Shown here: piece by piece, positions 10,818 through 20,300 of the stretch | Position numbering within the stretch: the stretch's first letter is position 1 | How the letters are laid out: each line of letters starts with the position of its first letter | Assembly (NCBI GenBank): GCA_963755715.1 | Contig: CAVWLW010000076.1 | Span: 32,001 to 96,000 of the forward strand | Direction: 5' to 3' | Length of the DNA stretch: 64,000 nt | DNA from: an uncultured delta proteobacterium | GTDB taxonomy: Bacteria; Desulfobacterota; Binatia; UBA9968 | Made by a program: the position numbers and the translations under genes | The notes under the pieces: generated by a model | Seen by the model: the letters and a program-made list of their open reading frames with translations, nothing else | Database searches by the model: none | What the model was told of the DNA's origin: nothing

Positions 10818-11997
10818 CACTGACTCCTCAGCAGTAAATTCTTTCGGTGTGCGGCGCCAAGAGCGGAAGCGACGCCAGGCCATGGCCAAACCGGTCCAGA
10901 CGAGAAAACAGCCGCCGAGAGAGGCGAGTCCGGCGACGGTCTGGCCGGGCAAGCCGAACGCTTCGCCGGTGTGCAGCGCGCGCACCCAGGTGCGCAGCTT
11001 TCGCCCCGTACTGTTGTTGGCATAAGGCTCCCATTTCACGACGGCGCCGGTGGCGCGATTGAGCGTGAGTTGCGAGCGCTGAAATGGATGAAAGGCATCG
11101 GGTCCTTGTATCGAAGCGGTGACCGGCCCGTCGCCGTGCGGTTGAAAACGCAACATGATCATCACCCAACCCGGCACCTGCTCTTGTGCCCGCGCCAATA
11201 GAACCTCGAAGCTCGCCGCTGGAACAGCAGCGCGAGTTTCGTCGCGTTGGCCGCGCGCGCGTACTCCTTGAGCTGTGGGATCCACGGGCCCTTCGGCCCG
11301 GCGTGGTGGTTCGCTGCCCGTAAGCGTGTACAACAAGTCATTTGCCCAGGGATAGGACATGACCGCCGCGGTCAGCGTGAGCACAACCAGCACCGTTGAA
11401 GACCAAAATCCGATGACGTTGTGCCAGTTCCAGTCGCGCGCTTTGCCGCGCAAGCGGGTACTGAACAGCAAACTCATTTTGAATCCGCGCCATTGCCAGC
11501 TATGCGGCCACCAGAGATAGACGCCGGTGATCGCAAGCCAGAAGAAGGCGAGATTGCAGGCGCCGGTGATGGCGCGGCCGTGGCGCGGCCTTCGCCTTCG
11601 GTGCCGAGCCAGCGGTGCCAATCGACAACGTCGCGCAGAAAATTATGGGTCGGCCGACTGTCCGCCTAGGATCTCGCCGTTGTAGGGATTGACGAAGACG
11701 GTATTGTCGCGGCCAAGATTGACCGCCACCGATGCTGTGGGATCGGACTTGACCATAATCGCCGCCGGGCGCGCTATCGGGATTAGCCGCGCGGACTTTG
11801 GCGATGAGCTCGTCGTAACTCAAGCGTCTGGCGTCAGGACCGGGCACGACCCAGCGCGCGCTACGTTCCGAATAGTCGCTGATCTGGGGTTCGTACATGA
11901 GTACCACGCCGGTGAACGACATGATGAAGATCACCAAACCGGCGCTGACGCCGGCGAACAGGTGGCTCCAAAAAATTATTTTGTGTAGCAATTTCAT
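10626..11997 (-). CDS. PepSY-associated TM helix protein (PiuB-like), several frameshifts
   Basis: MKLLHKIIFWSHLFAGV...SFTG, HRWL, ITGVYLWWP, WHNVIG, ALHTGE and WTGLAM are spread over three frames. Confidence 0.8.
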
Positions 11998-12019
11998 AAT
12001 CACTACTCTCCGTCTCAAA

Positions 12020-12565
12020 CTAACCGACCGTGCGGTTCTTGAGATCGCTGAATTCGGCGCGCAGCCAGTCGCGCAAAAGATCCTTTTCGTAGCGCAGGTA
12101 GTCTTCTCTCAGCCGCGAGTCCCGTCGTTGATAGTCGACGTCAGTCAACTCGCGTTTGCCTTCTTTGATGACCCGGCCGTTATCGTCGATAAGACGAAAT
12201 TCGAGGACGATGCGCGGCGGATAAATGCTCTTGATGATGCGCGTCTGATTGAATGGCACGCCAAGCCATGGCTCGAAGTCGCCCGCCAGTTTGACGTCCG
12301 TAACTTTGATCGACAGCTGCATCTCGGGCGGCAGCGCGCGCTCACCGGTTTCCTGCATGAACTTTGCGAGCGCGGCGAGCAGGCCGTGGGAATTGTGTTC
12401 CCATTCGGTGCGTCTTACGTCGGTAAATTTCTCCGGTTCGACGAAGGTGACAGAAACGCTCGAAACATGTTCCGGGGCTACAAATGGCGTGGCGCAACCC
12501 GATACGAACAAGGCGGCGATGATCAGCACTCGATAGATAGGGCGAGACAAAGAGCGCATTACCAT
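12020..12565 (-). CDS. DUF3016-family lipoprotein
   Basis: Lipobox FVSG|C; VTFVEPEKFTD, TDVKLAGDFEP, IYPPRI and LRYEKDLLRDW match this family from memory. Confidence 0.7.
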   Translation of the reverse strand: MVMRSLSRPIYRVLIIAALFVSGCATPFVAPEHVSSVSVTFVEPEKFTDVRRTEWEHNSHGLLAALAKFMQETGERALPPEMQLSIKVTDVKLAGDFEPWLGVPFNQTRIIKSIYPPRIVLEFRLIDDNGRVIKEGKRELTDVDYQRRDSRLREDYLRYEKDLLRDWLRAEFSDLKNRTVG

Positions 12566-13246
12566 TTATACCTCGGCGCAGCGCCTTAAAAGGTTGTGAT
12601 AACAATTGGTCAATTCCACGACGGCCGCATGGTTGGGCAAAGCTTGGTTGACTTTGTTGATGGCCATGTCGAGATCGAAAAGCAGAGTTCGCTGGCCGTC
12701 GTCACGCACCATACTCTGCACCCAGAAAAAAGCAGCCAGTCTGACACCGCGCGTCACCGGCGTCACATGATGAAGGCTACTCCCCGGGTAGACCACCATA
12801 TCCCCCGCAGGAAGTTTTACCGAGTGCGATCCATAAACGTCGTCGATGACTAGTTCCCCGCCGTCGTACTCATCGGGTTTGCTAAGGAAGAGTGTTGCAG
12901 AGATGTCGGTACGAATGCGGTAGGGCGTGCCGGGAATCTGCATGATAGAGTTATCCAAATGTATCCCGAACGTTTCGCCGCCTTCGTAGCGGTTAAAGAG
13001 CGGCGGAAAGACCCGGAGCGGCAACGCCGCTGTGATGAAGAGCGGGTTGCGCTCCAGCGCCGCCACAATCGTATCGCCGAGCTCCCGCGCCTCGGCGCTG
13101 GTATCCGTGATCTGCCGGTTTTTTTTGACAATACTCGATTGGTAGCCGGAGGTCGCCCGGCCGTCCACCCAGGCCGCGCGGCTCATGACCTCGCGGCAGT
13201 GGGCGACTTGTTCCGGGCTTAACACACTAGGAACCGTGACGATCAT
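12566..13246 (-). CDS. piuC: PKHD-type Fe(II)/2-oxoglutarate dioxygenase (PiuC/YbiX)
   Basis: [56 protein letters not shown]. Confidence 0.9.
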   Translation of the reverse strand: MIVTVPSVLSPEQVAHCREVMSRAAWVDGRATSGYQSSIVKKNRQITDTSAEARELGDTIVAALERNPLFITAALPLRVFPPLFNRYEGGETFGIHLDNSIMQIPGTPYRIRTDISATLFLSKPDEYDGGELVIDDVYGSHSVKLPAGDMVVYPGSSLHHVTPVTRGVRLAAFFWVQSMVRDDGQRTLLFDLDMAINKVNQALPNHAAVVELTNCYHNLLRRCAEV

Positions 13247-13258
13247 AGATGGGTATCC

Positions 13259-15452
13259 TCAGAATCTCGCGCTCACGCTGCCGATGAACGTGCGCCCGGC
13301 CCCCGGCACGCTGTGCGAAGGATGCACGGCCTCAATGAAGAACTGGTTGGTCATATTCAGAGCGTTGAAACGCAATTGAATTTTCTCCGTCAGATTGTAC
13401 GCGACCGTGGAATCCCAGCGGATGTAGCCGGGGACGCGGTTAATGTTGGCGTTATTGGCGTAGCGGCTGCTCACGTAGGTGGGCCCGCCGCCGATCTGCC
13501 ATTTCTCCAGGAAGTCGTAGGTGCTCCAGAAGTTGGCGCTATACTTGGGGATGTTTTGCGGGACTTTGCCTTTAAGGGGAATGGTGACTCCCTCCACTAC
13601 TTGAGTATCGTTCGACTTAAGGATCTCCGCGTCAAGATAGGTATAGCTCGCAAAGACGTTCCAGCCAGGGAGAATGCGGCCAACCAAACTCATCTCAAAT
13701 CCTCGCGATCGTTGTTTGCCGTCGAGCGCCTGAACGCCGGTTGCCGGGTCATTGGTGCGGGCATTGGTCTTTTCGATGTTGAATAGCGCCGATTGGAGAT
13801 TTAGCGCGCCCTGCAAGAAGCTCTAATTTTGCGCCGATCTCGAAGATCTCGTTTTTTTCCGGCGCCAGAGCCTCGTTGTTGGCGGCAAGCACCAACCCTT
13901 CGGCCGAGGGATTGAAGGATGTGCCATAGGAAAAGTAATAGCTTTGCGTCGGCCTGGGATGGAAAACCAACCCGCCGCGGTAGCTCATCAGATTATCCGT
14001 ATGCTCGAAATCTATCCCGCCCGGCAACCGGTTGTCTTGTTTAGCGCGGTAGTAGTCGTACCGGAGCCCGCCGACGATGTCGAAATATTCGCCCAGCCTG
14101 ATCTGGTCGGCACCATAAATACCGAAGCCGGTCGCCAGCGTGTCTTGCTTCACGTTGACCGTTTTGGCCGCCGGCAACTGGTTGTTATTAGGATCGGAGA
14201 GGGTCGTAGCGGGGCCGGCGCTTGCCCAACGAAGTTGATCGAAAGTTTCACGGCCCACCTCCAGGCCGGTGGTGAGTACGTGCTTGAAGCTGTAGGTATC
14301 GAATTTGGCGGTGAGATCCATCTGATTGCTGAGAATACTTTCTTGCGTATCTCGTTCCGGCCGACTCCTAGTGACGCCGGTCACGATGGCCGCGGGTCCA
14401 TTACAAGTAACGTTGCTGCATGTCACGGCGGGAATGCTGGGATCGGCATGGCGGTCGATATGGCTGTAGCGCAGCACGTTGCGCAGGCTTATCTGATCAT
14501 TGAAGGCGTGGTTGATGATGCCCGTGCCAATATTGGTAAATGTTTTTTCAAAGTCGCTTTTGGTCAGCCCGTACCACGTGTCGCGGTCAACGCGCACCGG
14601 CTTGCCGTGGAGAAAGGGCAATCCATCGTCCGGGATATTGTCCTCGTGCTGACCGAAGTAACTCACGGTCGCCTGTGTCGGTGTGCCCAGACCGTAGGTA
14701 AATGAAGGTGCGATGCCTTGGCGCGACCCTTCGACATGATTGCGCTCCACGATATCGGCTCGCTGCGCCATGAAGTTCAAGCGCAGAGCGGAGTTTTCCC
14801 AAAGAGGCTGATTGAAATCTCCCGTGCCCCGGAAGTACGTGCCACTGCCGCCGTTGAACACGCCGCTGTACAGAGATTCGGATAGCGGCATCTTGCTCAC
14901 CTGGTTGATGATGCCGCCGGTGGAGCCGCGACCGAAATAGCTGGAAGAGGGTCCCTTGATAACTTCGACGGACTGGATATTGAAGACGTCGCGAAAATAG
15001 GATCCTTGATCGCGGACACCGTCGATGAACATGTCATTGCGCGCGTTGAAGCCGCGCAGCGTGAAGCCGTCTCCCTGCGAGCCGCCGGCTTCGCCTGCGG
15101 TAATGCCGATGCCGGAGACGTTGCGCAGCGCGTCGCGCAGGGTGGTGCCGCCCTGCTCCTGGATTAACTTGTCCGGCACGACGATAACCGCTTGAGGCGT
15201 GTCTTGCAGCGGCACGGCAAATTTCGGCAGCGAAGACTGCGGCACGACATAGGGGCTATTTTGTTCTTGCACTACCACCGGCGGCAGGTTGATAGGTTCC
15301 TCTTTCTTGGGCTCCGCAGCGAAGGCGTTGCTGGCCAGAGCGAAAGAAAAAGCCACCGCCCGGCTGACGCCTTCGCCGGCCGCAAGACACATTTTTTGCA
15401 AAGCTGTCTTGTTTTGTTTTCTATCGTTGGCGCGTTTTTGTTGTCGACTCAT
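13259..15452 (-). CDS. TonB-dependent siderophore receptor (Fiu/PiuA-like), frameshift near 13815
   Basis: Plug motifs DTPQAV, LRNVSGI, LRGF, FIDGVRD, VEVIKGPSS, GGIINQVSK. The barrel continues in ORF 13259-13816 and ends PGAGRTFIGSVSARF (terminal Phe). Confidence 0.9.
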
Positions 15453-15528
15453 GCATTCCTCCAATGAAGTATATTTTTGCTGGCTGGCATGAGTCGGCTC
15501 ATACTCTGGCTGGCTGGGTTGGTAAGTT

Positions 15529-15720
15529 TTATTTCGTCAAAATAAGCTTGCCGTTTCGCGTAATGCGCAAGTTGTATTCCTGATTCTGATGCACGATGAC
15601 GATCTCGCTGTTGCCTTGAAAAAGGTGGTTGCTTTCGATGCGCGGTTTGGGGCTAGTCGAAGCGGACGCGATCGCGCCGCCCGGTCGTTTCATCGCATAA
15701 TCCATAAGTATCTCTCTCAT
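15529..15720 (-). CDS. hemP: HemP/HmuP hemin uptake protein
   Basis: IESNHLFQGNSEIVIVHQNQEYNLRITRNGKLILTK is the characteristic HemP C-terminus; start codon uncertain. Confidence 0.85.
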   Translation of the reverse strand: MREILMDYAMKRPGGAIASASTSPKPRIESNHLFQGNSEIVIVHQNQEYNLRITRNGKLILTK

Positions 15721-15728
15721 CGGTTTTC

Positions 15729-16550
15729 CTAGCGAAGCTCGAACTTCACCGGCAACATTACCCATACCGCCACCGCTTCCTTGCCCCTGCGAGCCGGTTC
15801 GAAGAGCCATTTTTTTACGGCGTCCATCGCGGAGAGATCGAGCTCGCGAAAGCCGGCGGATTGCTCCACGATGACGTCTGAGACCCGGCCGTTTTCCAGC
15901 ACGCGCACGCGGAGCGTGGTCACGCCCTGCGCGCCCGCTCTGCGCGCCGACTCCGGATAGCGCGGCTTAACCTGATAGCCGCCGAGCGGCCGGGCAACGC
16001 TTGAAAGCCCTTCGCCGGAACCGCCGCCGCCGGTGCCGTCGCCCTTGGCGCCTCGTCCCAGACCCGCGCTGCCAGTGCCGCCACCGCCGCCTTCGAGGCT
16101 GCTGCCGCCGATTACAGCTGTGTCGCCTTTGCCGAAAAGATTGCCGGCACCGGCGGCGCTGCCTTCGGCTTCGCTTGCTTTGGATCCGAGATTCCAGCCT
16201 GCGTTGGCCGAGCCTTTGTTGTCCGACAATGACGGCGGCGGCGCCGGCTCGATCGGCTTTTCTTTGATTTCTGCTTTAGAATTTCCCAGCGGCGGCACGG
16301 GCTTGGTCTCAAGCGTCGGCTTGGAAAGAAGTTTCGGCGCGGTAATATTTTTTGGCTTTGGCGCCGGCGGAGGCGGTGGCGCGACTTCGATTTTCTTCGG
16401 CTCCTCGACGCGCGGCACGTCGACGAGCTCGATGGGCACCATGGCGGGTTTGATCGGTTTGGCGTGCATTACTAATGCCGCCAGCGGAATGATCCCCAAA
16501 TGAATCAACGATGACGCAGTAAATGACGATACCAACCAGCGCTCGTTCAT
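15729..16550 (-). CDS. tonB: energy transducer TonB
   Basis: N-terminal TM with SLIH, Pro-rich and Gly-rich linker, C-terminal PRYPESARRAG…KKWLFEPA domain. Confidence 0.9.
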   Translation of the reverse strand: MNERWLVSSFTASSLIHLGIIPLAALVMHAKPIKPAMVPIELVDVPRVEEPKKIEVAPPPPPAPKPKNITAPKLLSKPTLETKPVPPLGNSKAEIKEKPIEPAPPPSLSDNKGSANAGWNLGSKASEAEGSAAGAGNLFGKGDTAVIGGSSLEGGGGGTGSAGLGRGAKGDGTGGGGSGEGLSSVARPLGGYQVKPRYPESARRAGAQGVTTLRVRVLENGRVSDVIVEQSAGFRELDLSAMDAVKKWLFEPARRGKEAVAVWVMLPVKFELR

Positions 16551-16960
16551 TTTTTCTGCTCCTTTGGTTTGACCGCGATCGCCATCTTGGCGACGTTGGC
16601 GCTGCGCGCGATGTCCATGACTTCGACGACATGGCCATGCTCGACGCCGTCGTCGGCATTGATCACGACCAAAAGCTCGGGATTTTTGGCGATTAGCCCG
16701 CCCAATCGGTCCGCTAAAGAGGTTTTCTCGACGGGCTGTTTATCGAGAAAGATCTGGTGTTCTTTATTGATCGTGATGGCCGCACTCTCGGCCGGCGCTT
16801 GCTGGCCAGAAGCGGCTTTGGGCAGATTGACCGGCATGCCTTTGAATTGCGTCATCGACAAAGTCGAGATCATGAAAAAGACCAGCAGGAAGAAGATCGT
16901 ATCGATCATCGGGATGATCTCGATGCGCGCTTTTTTTATGCTGCGGCGTTGAATGCGCAT
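16547..16960 (-). CDS. exbD: biopolymer transport protein ExbD
   Basis: EIIPMIDTIFFLLVFFMI, VNLPKA, INAD...VVEVMD. Confidence 0.9.
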   Translation of the reverse strand: MRIQRRSIKKARIEIIPMIDTIFFLLVFFMISTLSMTQFKGMPVNLPKAASGQQAPAESAAITINKEHQIFLDKQPVEKTSLADRLGGLIAKNPELLVVINADDGVEHGHVVEVMDIARSANVAKMAIAVKPKEQKK

Positions 16961-17568
16961 CAGTGTTTCCCCGCTTGGACGTGCAACTGCAATTCGAGCG
17001 ACGAGCTGAAATGTTCCATCTGGTCCATTTCCCGTTCCGCCCGCGCGGTGAAGTAGTTGTAGGAGACAAGGGTCAGGATCGCGATCAACAAGCCGGTGGC
17101 CGTGGCGATCAAAGCTTCGGCGACGCCGCCGGTAACGGCGTGAGGTTGCCCGATGCCCACATCGGCCATGACGTCGAAGGAGCCGATCATGCCAACCACC
17201 GTACCGAGCAAGCCGAGCAGCGGCGCGAGCGTGACGATCGTGTCGAGCACGCCGAGACGTCTTTTCAGCACCGGGATCTCGGCCTGGGCAGCCGCTTCCA
17301 TCGCCTTCGCCGGCGCGGGATTGCGGTGCGCAATGCCAGCGGCCATGACTCGCGCGATCGGTTGCTGCGAGGTTTTTCCCAGCTTCAAGGCTTGGTCGAA
17401 TTCGCCCTGCTCGACGTGCGTCAAAATTTCGCGGAGCACCTCTCGCGATTTCAGTTTCGCCCAAAACAAGATTCGCTCGATGGTGAGAGCGAGCGAGATT
17501 AAAGAACAAATCAGGAGCGGTATCATGACGATCCCACCCTTGACGATGACGGCAACGACCTGCGCCAT
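16960..17568 (-). CDS. exbB: MotA/TolQ/ExbB proton channel
   Basis: TLAPLLGLLGTVVGMI and GVAEALIATATGL. Confidence 0.9.
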   Translation of the reverse strand: MAQVVAVIVKGGIVMIPLLICSLISLALTIERILFWAKLKSREVLREILTHVEQGEFDQALKLGKTSQQPIARVMAAGIAHRNPAPAKAMEAAAQAEIPVLKRRLGVLDTIVTLAPLLGLLGTVVGMIGSFDVMADVGIGQPHAVTGGVAEALIATATGLLIAILTLVSYNYFTARAEREMDQMEHFSSSLELQLHVQAGKH

Positions 17569-17570
17569 GA

Positions 17571-17771
17571 CTAGTGCACCGATCCTTTCTTGACTTCTGC
17601 GTCGAGTCGCTCGACGCTGTCCGCCACGCTCTGCAACGCCAGCCCCAGGGCGCGCAAATCATCGAGGGAGATATGCAGCACACAATTGCCGTAATGAAAG
17701 TGGACGGTATCTCGACTGCAGTTGCACAGAGAGACCGACCATTTGCCTTCGCGCGATTTGATTCCATCCAT
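17571..17771 (-). CDS. 66-aa hypothetical protein with CxC and HxH motifs
   Basis: RBS GGAGG then ATG; MDGIKSREGKWSVSLCNCSRDTVHFHYGNCVLHISLDDLRALG...; stop 2 nt before exbB. Confidence 0.6.
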   Translation of the reverse strand: MDGIKSREGKWSVSLCNCSRDTVHFHYGNCVLHISLDDLRALGLALQSVADSVERLDAEVKKGSVH

Positions 17772-17784
17772 TTTGACCTCCAAT

Positions 17785-17830
17785 AAAAAAGCCCGAAGTC
17801 CCGCCGATTGTTCCGGCGCGCATCGGGCTC
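17785..17830 (-). terminator. terminator-like hairpin with U-tract inside the 5' leader of the exbBD-tonB operon
   Basis: Minus strand GAGCCCGA-tg-cg-CGCCG-gaacaat-CGGCG-ggact-TCGGGCTT-TTTT, immediately before the GGAGG RBS. Confidence 0.55.
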
Positions 17831-17862
17831 TGGATTCATGACCGCTGGCCGCTGACTTATTT

Positions 17863-17891
17863 CGTATATTAAAATGAAAATTAGTTGTCAA
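17863..17891 (-). promoter_or_regulatory. sigma70-type promoter TTGACA-N17-TATACG
   Basis: Perfect -35 at 17891-17886 with a 17-nt spacer; identical hexamers to the promoter at 26190-26218. Confidence 0.6.
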
Positions 17892-17906
17892 CACTAATAA
17901 AAAAGA

Positions 17907-17920
17907 TTAGTCTATACGAA
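17907..17920. promoter_or_regulatory. putative DtxR/MntR operator (copy 2)
   Basis: Reverse complement TTCGTATAGACTAA matches TTCGTATAGGCGAA at 26188-26201 at 12 of 14 positions. Confidence 0.5.
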
Positions 17921-17948
17921 AGACTGGGCAAAAGGGCTCTAATCAGAG

Positions 17949-18128
17949 TCAGCTAGTCGGTTTCGACACGGTTGGTCGGTCGGTTGCGGCCAACAACGGA
18001 ATGACCCACCGTCTTTTACAGCGACGACACTTGAGCTCCACTCCATCTGGCACTAAACGGGCCAGGAGATTGCCGCATTGACAGCGTAACGGCTCAGCGG
18101 GCGATTTTTTGGCGGCTTCTTTTTCCAT
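17949..18128 (-). CDS. Mu Com-like zinc-ribbon microprotein (copy 1)
   Basis: MEKEAAKKSPAEPLRCQCGNLLARLVPDGVELKCRRCKRRWVIPL...; the C-x-CG..LLA…(I/L)KCxRC pattern resembles the Com family. Confidence 0.65.
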   Translation of the reverse strand: MEKEAAKKSPAEPLRCQCGNLLARLVPDGVELKCRRCKRRWVIPLLAATDRPTVSKPTS

Positions 18129-18189
18129 CGAAAAACCAAGTAAATTTTCACGTTTGCTTCGACCGTGGCAGCAAGCAGACGCGAGCGAA

Positions 18190-18750
18190 TCAGGCGCGAT
18201 TACGGCGGAACTCTTTGTCTCGATGCCTTGCAGCCCTGCTGCGGGCGCTGTTCGAGGGCTTCTCAAGCTCGAGCAGCTTGGCGGTCCAGCCCCGCCCCGC
18301 CAGAATATGGGCGCAGAGAAGCGGCAAAGCGATCAGACCGATCACCCAATGGATCGTGCTGCTAAATTCGCGCACGGCGTCATCGCTCACGTAGTAGAGC
18401 AGCCAGCCGGATAGCACCAGCACGCCGTTCAGCGCGATCATCGTGAAGCCTGACAGACGGTTTGCCTTCAGAGCGGTGCCGCGCCGGATATGCGCGATGA
18501 GCGTGCCCAACAGCGCGAGGTAGACAAGCATGGTTGCGCCGTGAACTTTCATGCTGATCGTTTGCAGCAAAGTTCGCGCTACGCCAAGCTCCGGATCCTT
18601 GAACCACTCGATAAGCAGCCACAAGCTTCCACTGCCCCACAAAACGCCGAATACAATATAGAAGAGCCGGCGGTGCCAAGGTTCGAGCCGCACCTTCTCC
18701 CGCAGCAAGGCGACGATCTTGGCGGTGCGATCAGTGGCTTTATCGCTCAT
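18190..18750 (-). CDS. membrane protein with four in-membrane His, putative cytochrome b-type partner of a flavinylated protein
   Basis: Three to four hydrophobic helices with KVHG, IAHI, TIHW and CAHI; directly downstream of apbE. Confidence 0.55.
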   Translation of the reverse strand: MSDKATDRTAKIVALLREKVRLEPWHRRLFYIVFGVLWGSGSLWLLIEWFKDPELGVARTLLQTISMKVHGATMLVYLALLGTLIAHIRRGTALKANRLSGFTMIALNGVLVLSGWLLYYVSDDAVREFSSTIHWVIGLIALPLLCAHILAGRGWTAKLLELEKPSNSARSRAARHRDKEFRRNRA

Positions 18751-18766
18751 TGGATCTCGATCCCAC

Positions 18767-19696
18767 TCAGATTATCTCCTGCATCTGAGCGGGCCTAAAC
18801 CGCGGTGGATTCCCGAGGCTTCGCCGTCGCGCCGATTGCGCAATGCAACGAACACCGCGCCCGTCGATGATAATCGCTTGTGCGCCGAATTGCGGCAAAA
18901 TTTTTGCCGCGCGCCGCGGCGCCAGACGAACGACCTTGGTGAGCGCATCGGCAATCAGGCAACGCGGTGCGACGACGGTGACGCTCTGTTGCCAACGCAT
19001 TGTGGTGTTTCGTCGCGGATCGACCAGTGGATCGGTGCTATCGCCATCTTCGCGGCGCTCGGTAAAGCAGCCGCTGGAGCTTGCGACCGCCGCGTCTGTG
19101 AGAGTGCCAAGAGAAAATAATCGCGACGCATCTTCGGGGTGACGAATATGGATTGGCTGAGGGGCGCCGAAGGCGTAGAGATCGCCACCGGCGTTCACAA
19201 TGCCGCTGTCGACGCCGTTGCATTTGAGCGTTGCAGCCGCTCGATCGACCGCATAGCCTTTGGCAATCCCGCCAAGATCAATCCAGGCGCGGCGTCGTAA
19301 CAGCACGCGATTGTCGGAAAGCAAACTCAGGTCGCGGAAATTGGCTTCTTCAGACGGCCATTCAGCATCTTCCGGCTTGGGCAAAAACCCCGCAGCGACG
19401 AGCTTGCCTCCGACCGTGATGTCGAACGCTCCGTCGGAGAGCGCGCTGATTTTTTGCGCCCAGGAAAGGACTTCATAGGTTCTCGGGTCAACTTGCTGCG
19501 CAGTCAGAAGCGGCGCGCGATTGAGGCGCGCTATATCGCTGTCGGTTTCGTGAAAACTCATCAGCCGATGGATGATTTCAATTTCACGAAAAGCCGCCTC
19601 GATGGCCGGCGCGGCGTTCTCGCCTGCGGCACCGACTTCGACGAGCGTACCCAGCAAGGGCCGGGCGCGGCGTATTTCATTTGAAAGCGACTTCAT
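18767..19696 (-). CDS. apbE: FAD:protein FMN transferase (ApbE)
   Basis: LLGTLV, SDIARLN, SDGAFDIT, DLGGIAKGYAVD, VNAGGD, ADALTK. Confidence 0.9.
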   Translation of the reverse strand: MKSLSNEIRRARPLLGTLVEVGAAGENAAPAIEAAFREIEIIHRLMSFHETDSDIARLNRAPLLTAQQVDPRTYEVLSWAQKISALSDGAFDITVGGKLVAAGFLPKPEDAEWPSEEANFRDLSLLSDNRVLLRRRAWIDLGGIAKGYAVDRAAATLKCNGVDSGIVNAGGDLYAFGAPQPIHIRHPEDASRLFSLGTLTDAAVASSSGCFTERREDGDSTDPLVDPRRNTTMRWQQSVTVVAPRCLIADALTKVVRLAPRRAAKILPQFGAQAIIIDGRGVRCIAQSARRRSLGNPPRFRPAQMQEII

Positions 19697-20208
19697 AGGT
19701 TGCCAAAACCCGTTTCACGCCGTCGGCGATGTGGCGGCACGAGAGCGTCGCGCCGCTGATGTTCTTGATGTCTTTATTGAGTTTGAGCGGCGCCGCCGCG
19801 TTCTTGCCGACAAACTGCGCGCGCCAGTCGGCGTTGCGCACTTCGTAGCCGTAGCTTTCCCGATAGGTCAGGATCTCGATTTGCTTAACCGTGCCGTCAG
19901 GCGTTGAGGCCGACGGCGTAGGTGATGAATTCGTGTTTGCCCACCACCTCGTCGACTACGAAGAAGCCGCCGTTGGCCACTTTCCACAATTGTATTTCTT
20001 TGTGCCTGACGTTGGCGTCGCTGCGCCGCGCAATTTCACGCGCCTGCTCGTTAGTGAGCGTGATATTAGCCGGCGCGAGTTTTTCCCCAGGGAAAATCGC
20101 TTGTTGTGCTTGCTCCACGGTCAGATAAGTGGCGCCATACGCGGCTGGGGCCAGTATGGCGATGGGGATCTGTGCCGCCGGTAGCCATATCCATTTCGAG
20201 GTACGCAT
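19677..20208 (-). CDS. FMN-binding (flavinylated) exported protein, frameshift near 19900
   Basis: GKHEFITYAVGLN then, in the shifted frame, DGTVKQIEILTYRESYG...WRAQFVGK...IKNISGATLSCRHIADGVKR...FK*. SGAT is the ApbE flavinylation motif. Confidence 0.8.
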
Positions 20209-20300
20209 AGCTATCCCTTACTAAGTGAAGCCGAAAGCGTCATTGCGGCGCGGATAAAAATCCGTAAGCATTGGCGTCTGCCCCGGAAGAATGCCGCTCT

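Noticed and set aside
16547-17839. 430-aa ORF suggesting a long N-terminally extended ExbD
   Set aside because: Only the last 137 aa are ExbD. The rest is an alternative frame over exbB and the 66-aa gene.
17869-17890. Fur box in the exbB promoter spacer
   Set aside because: Only about 12 of 19 matches in AT-rich DNA with imperfect symmetry; not supportable, though not excluded.
19897-19899. TGA in the FMN-binding gene as selenocysteine or readthrough
   Set aside because: In-frame continuation stops after three codons; the homologous sequence resumes in a shifted frame.
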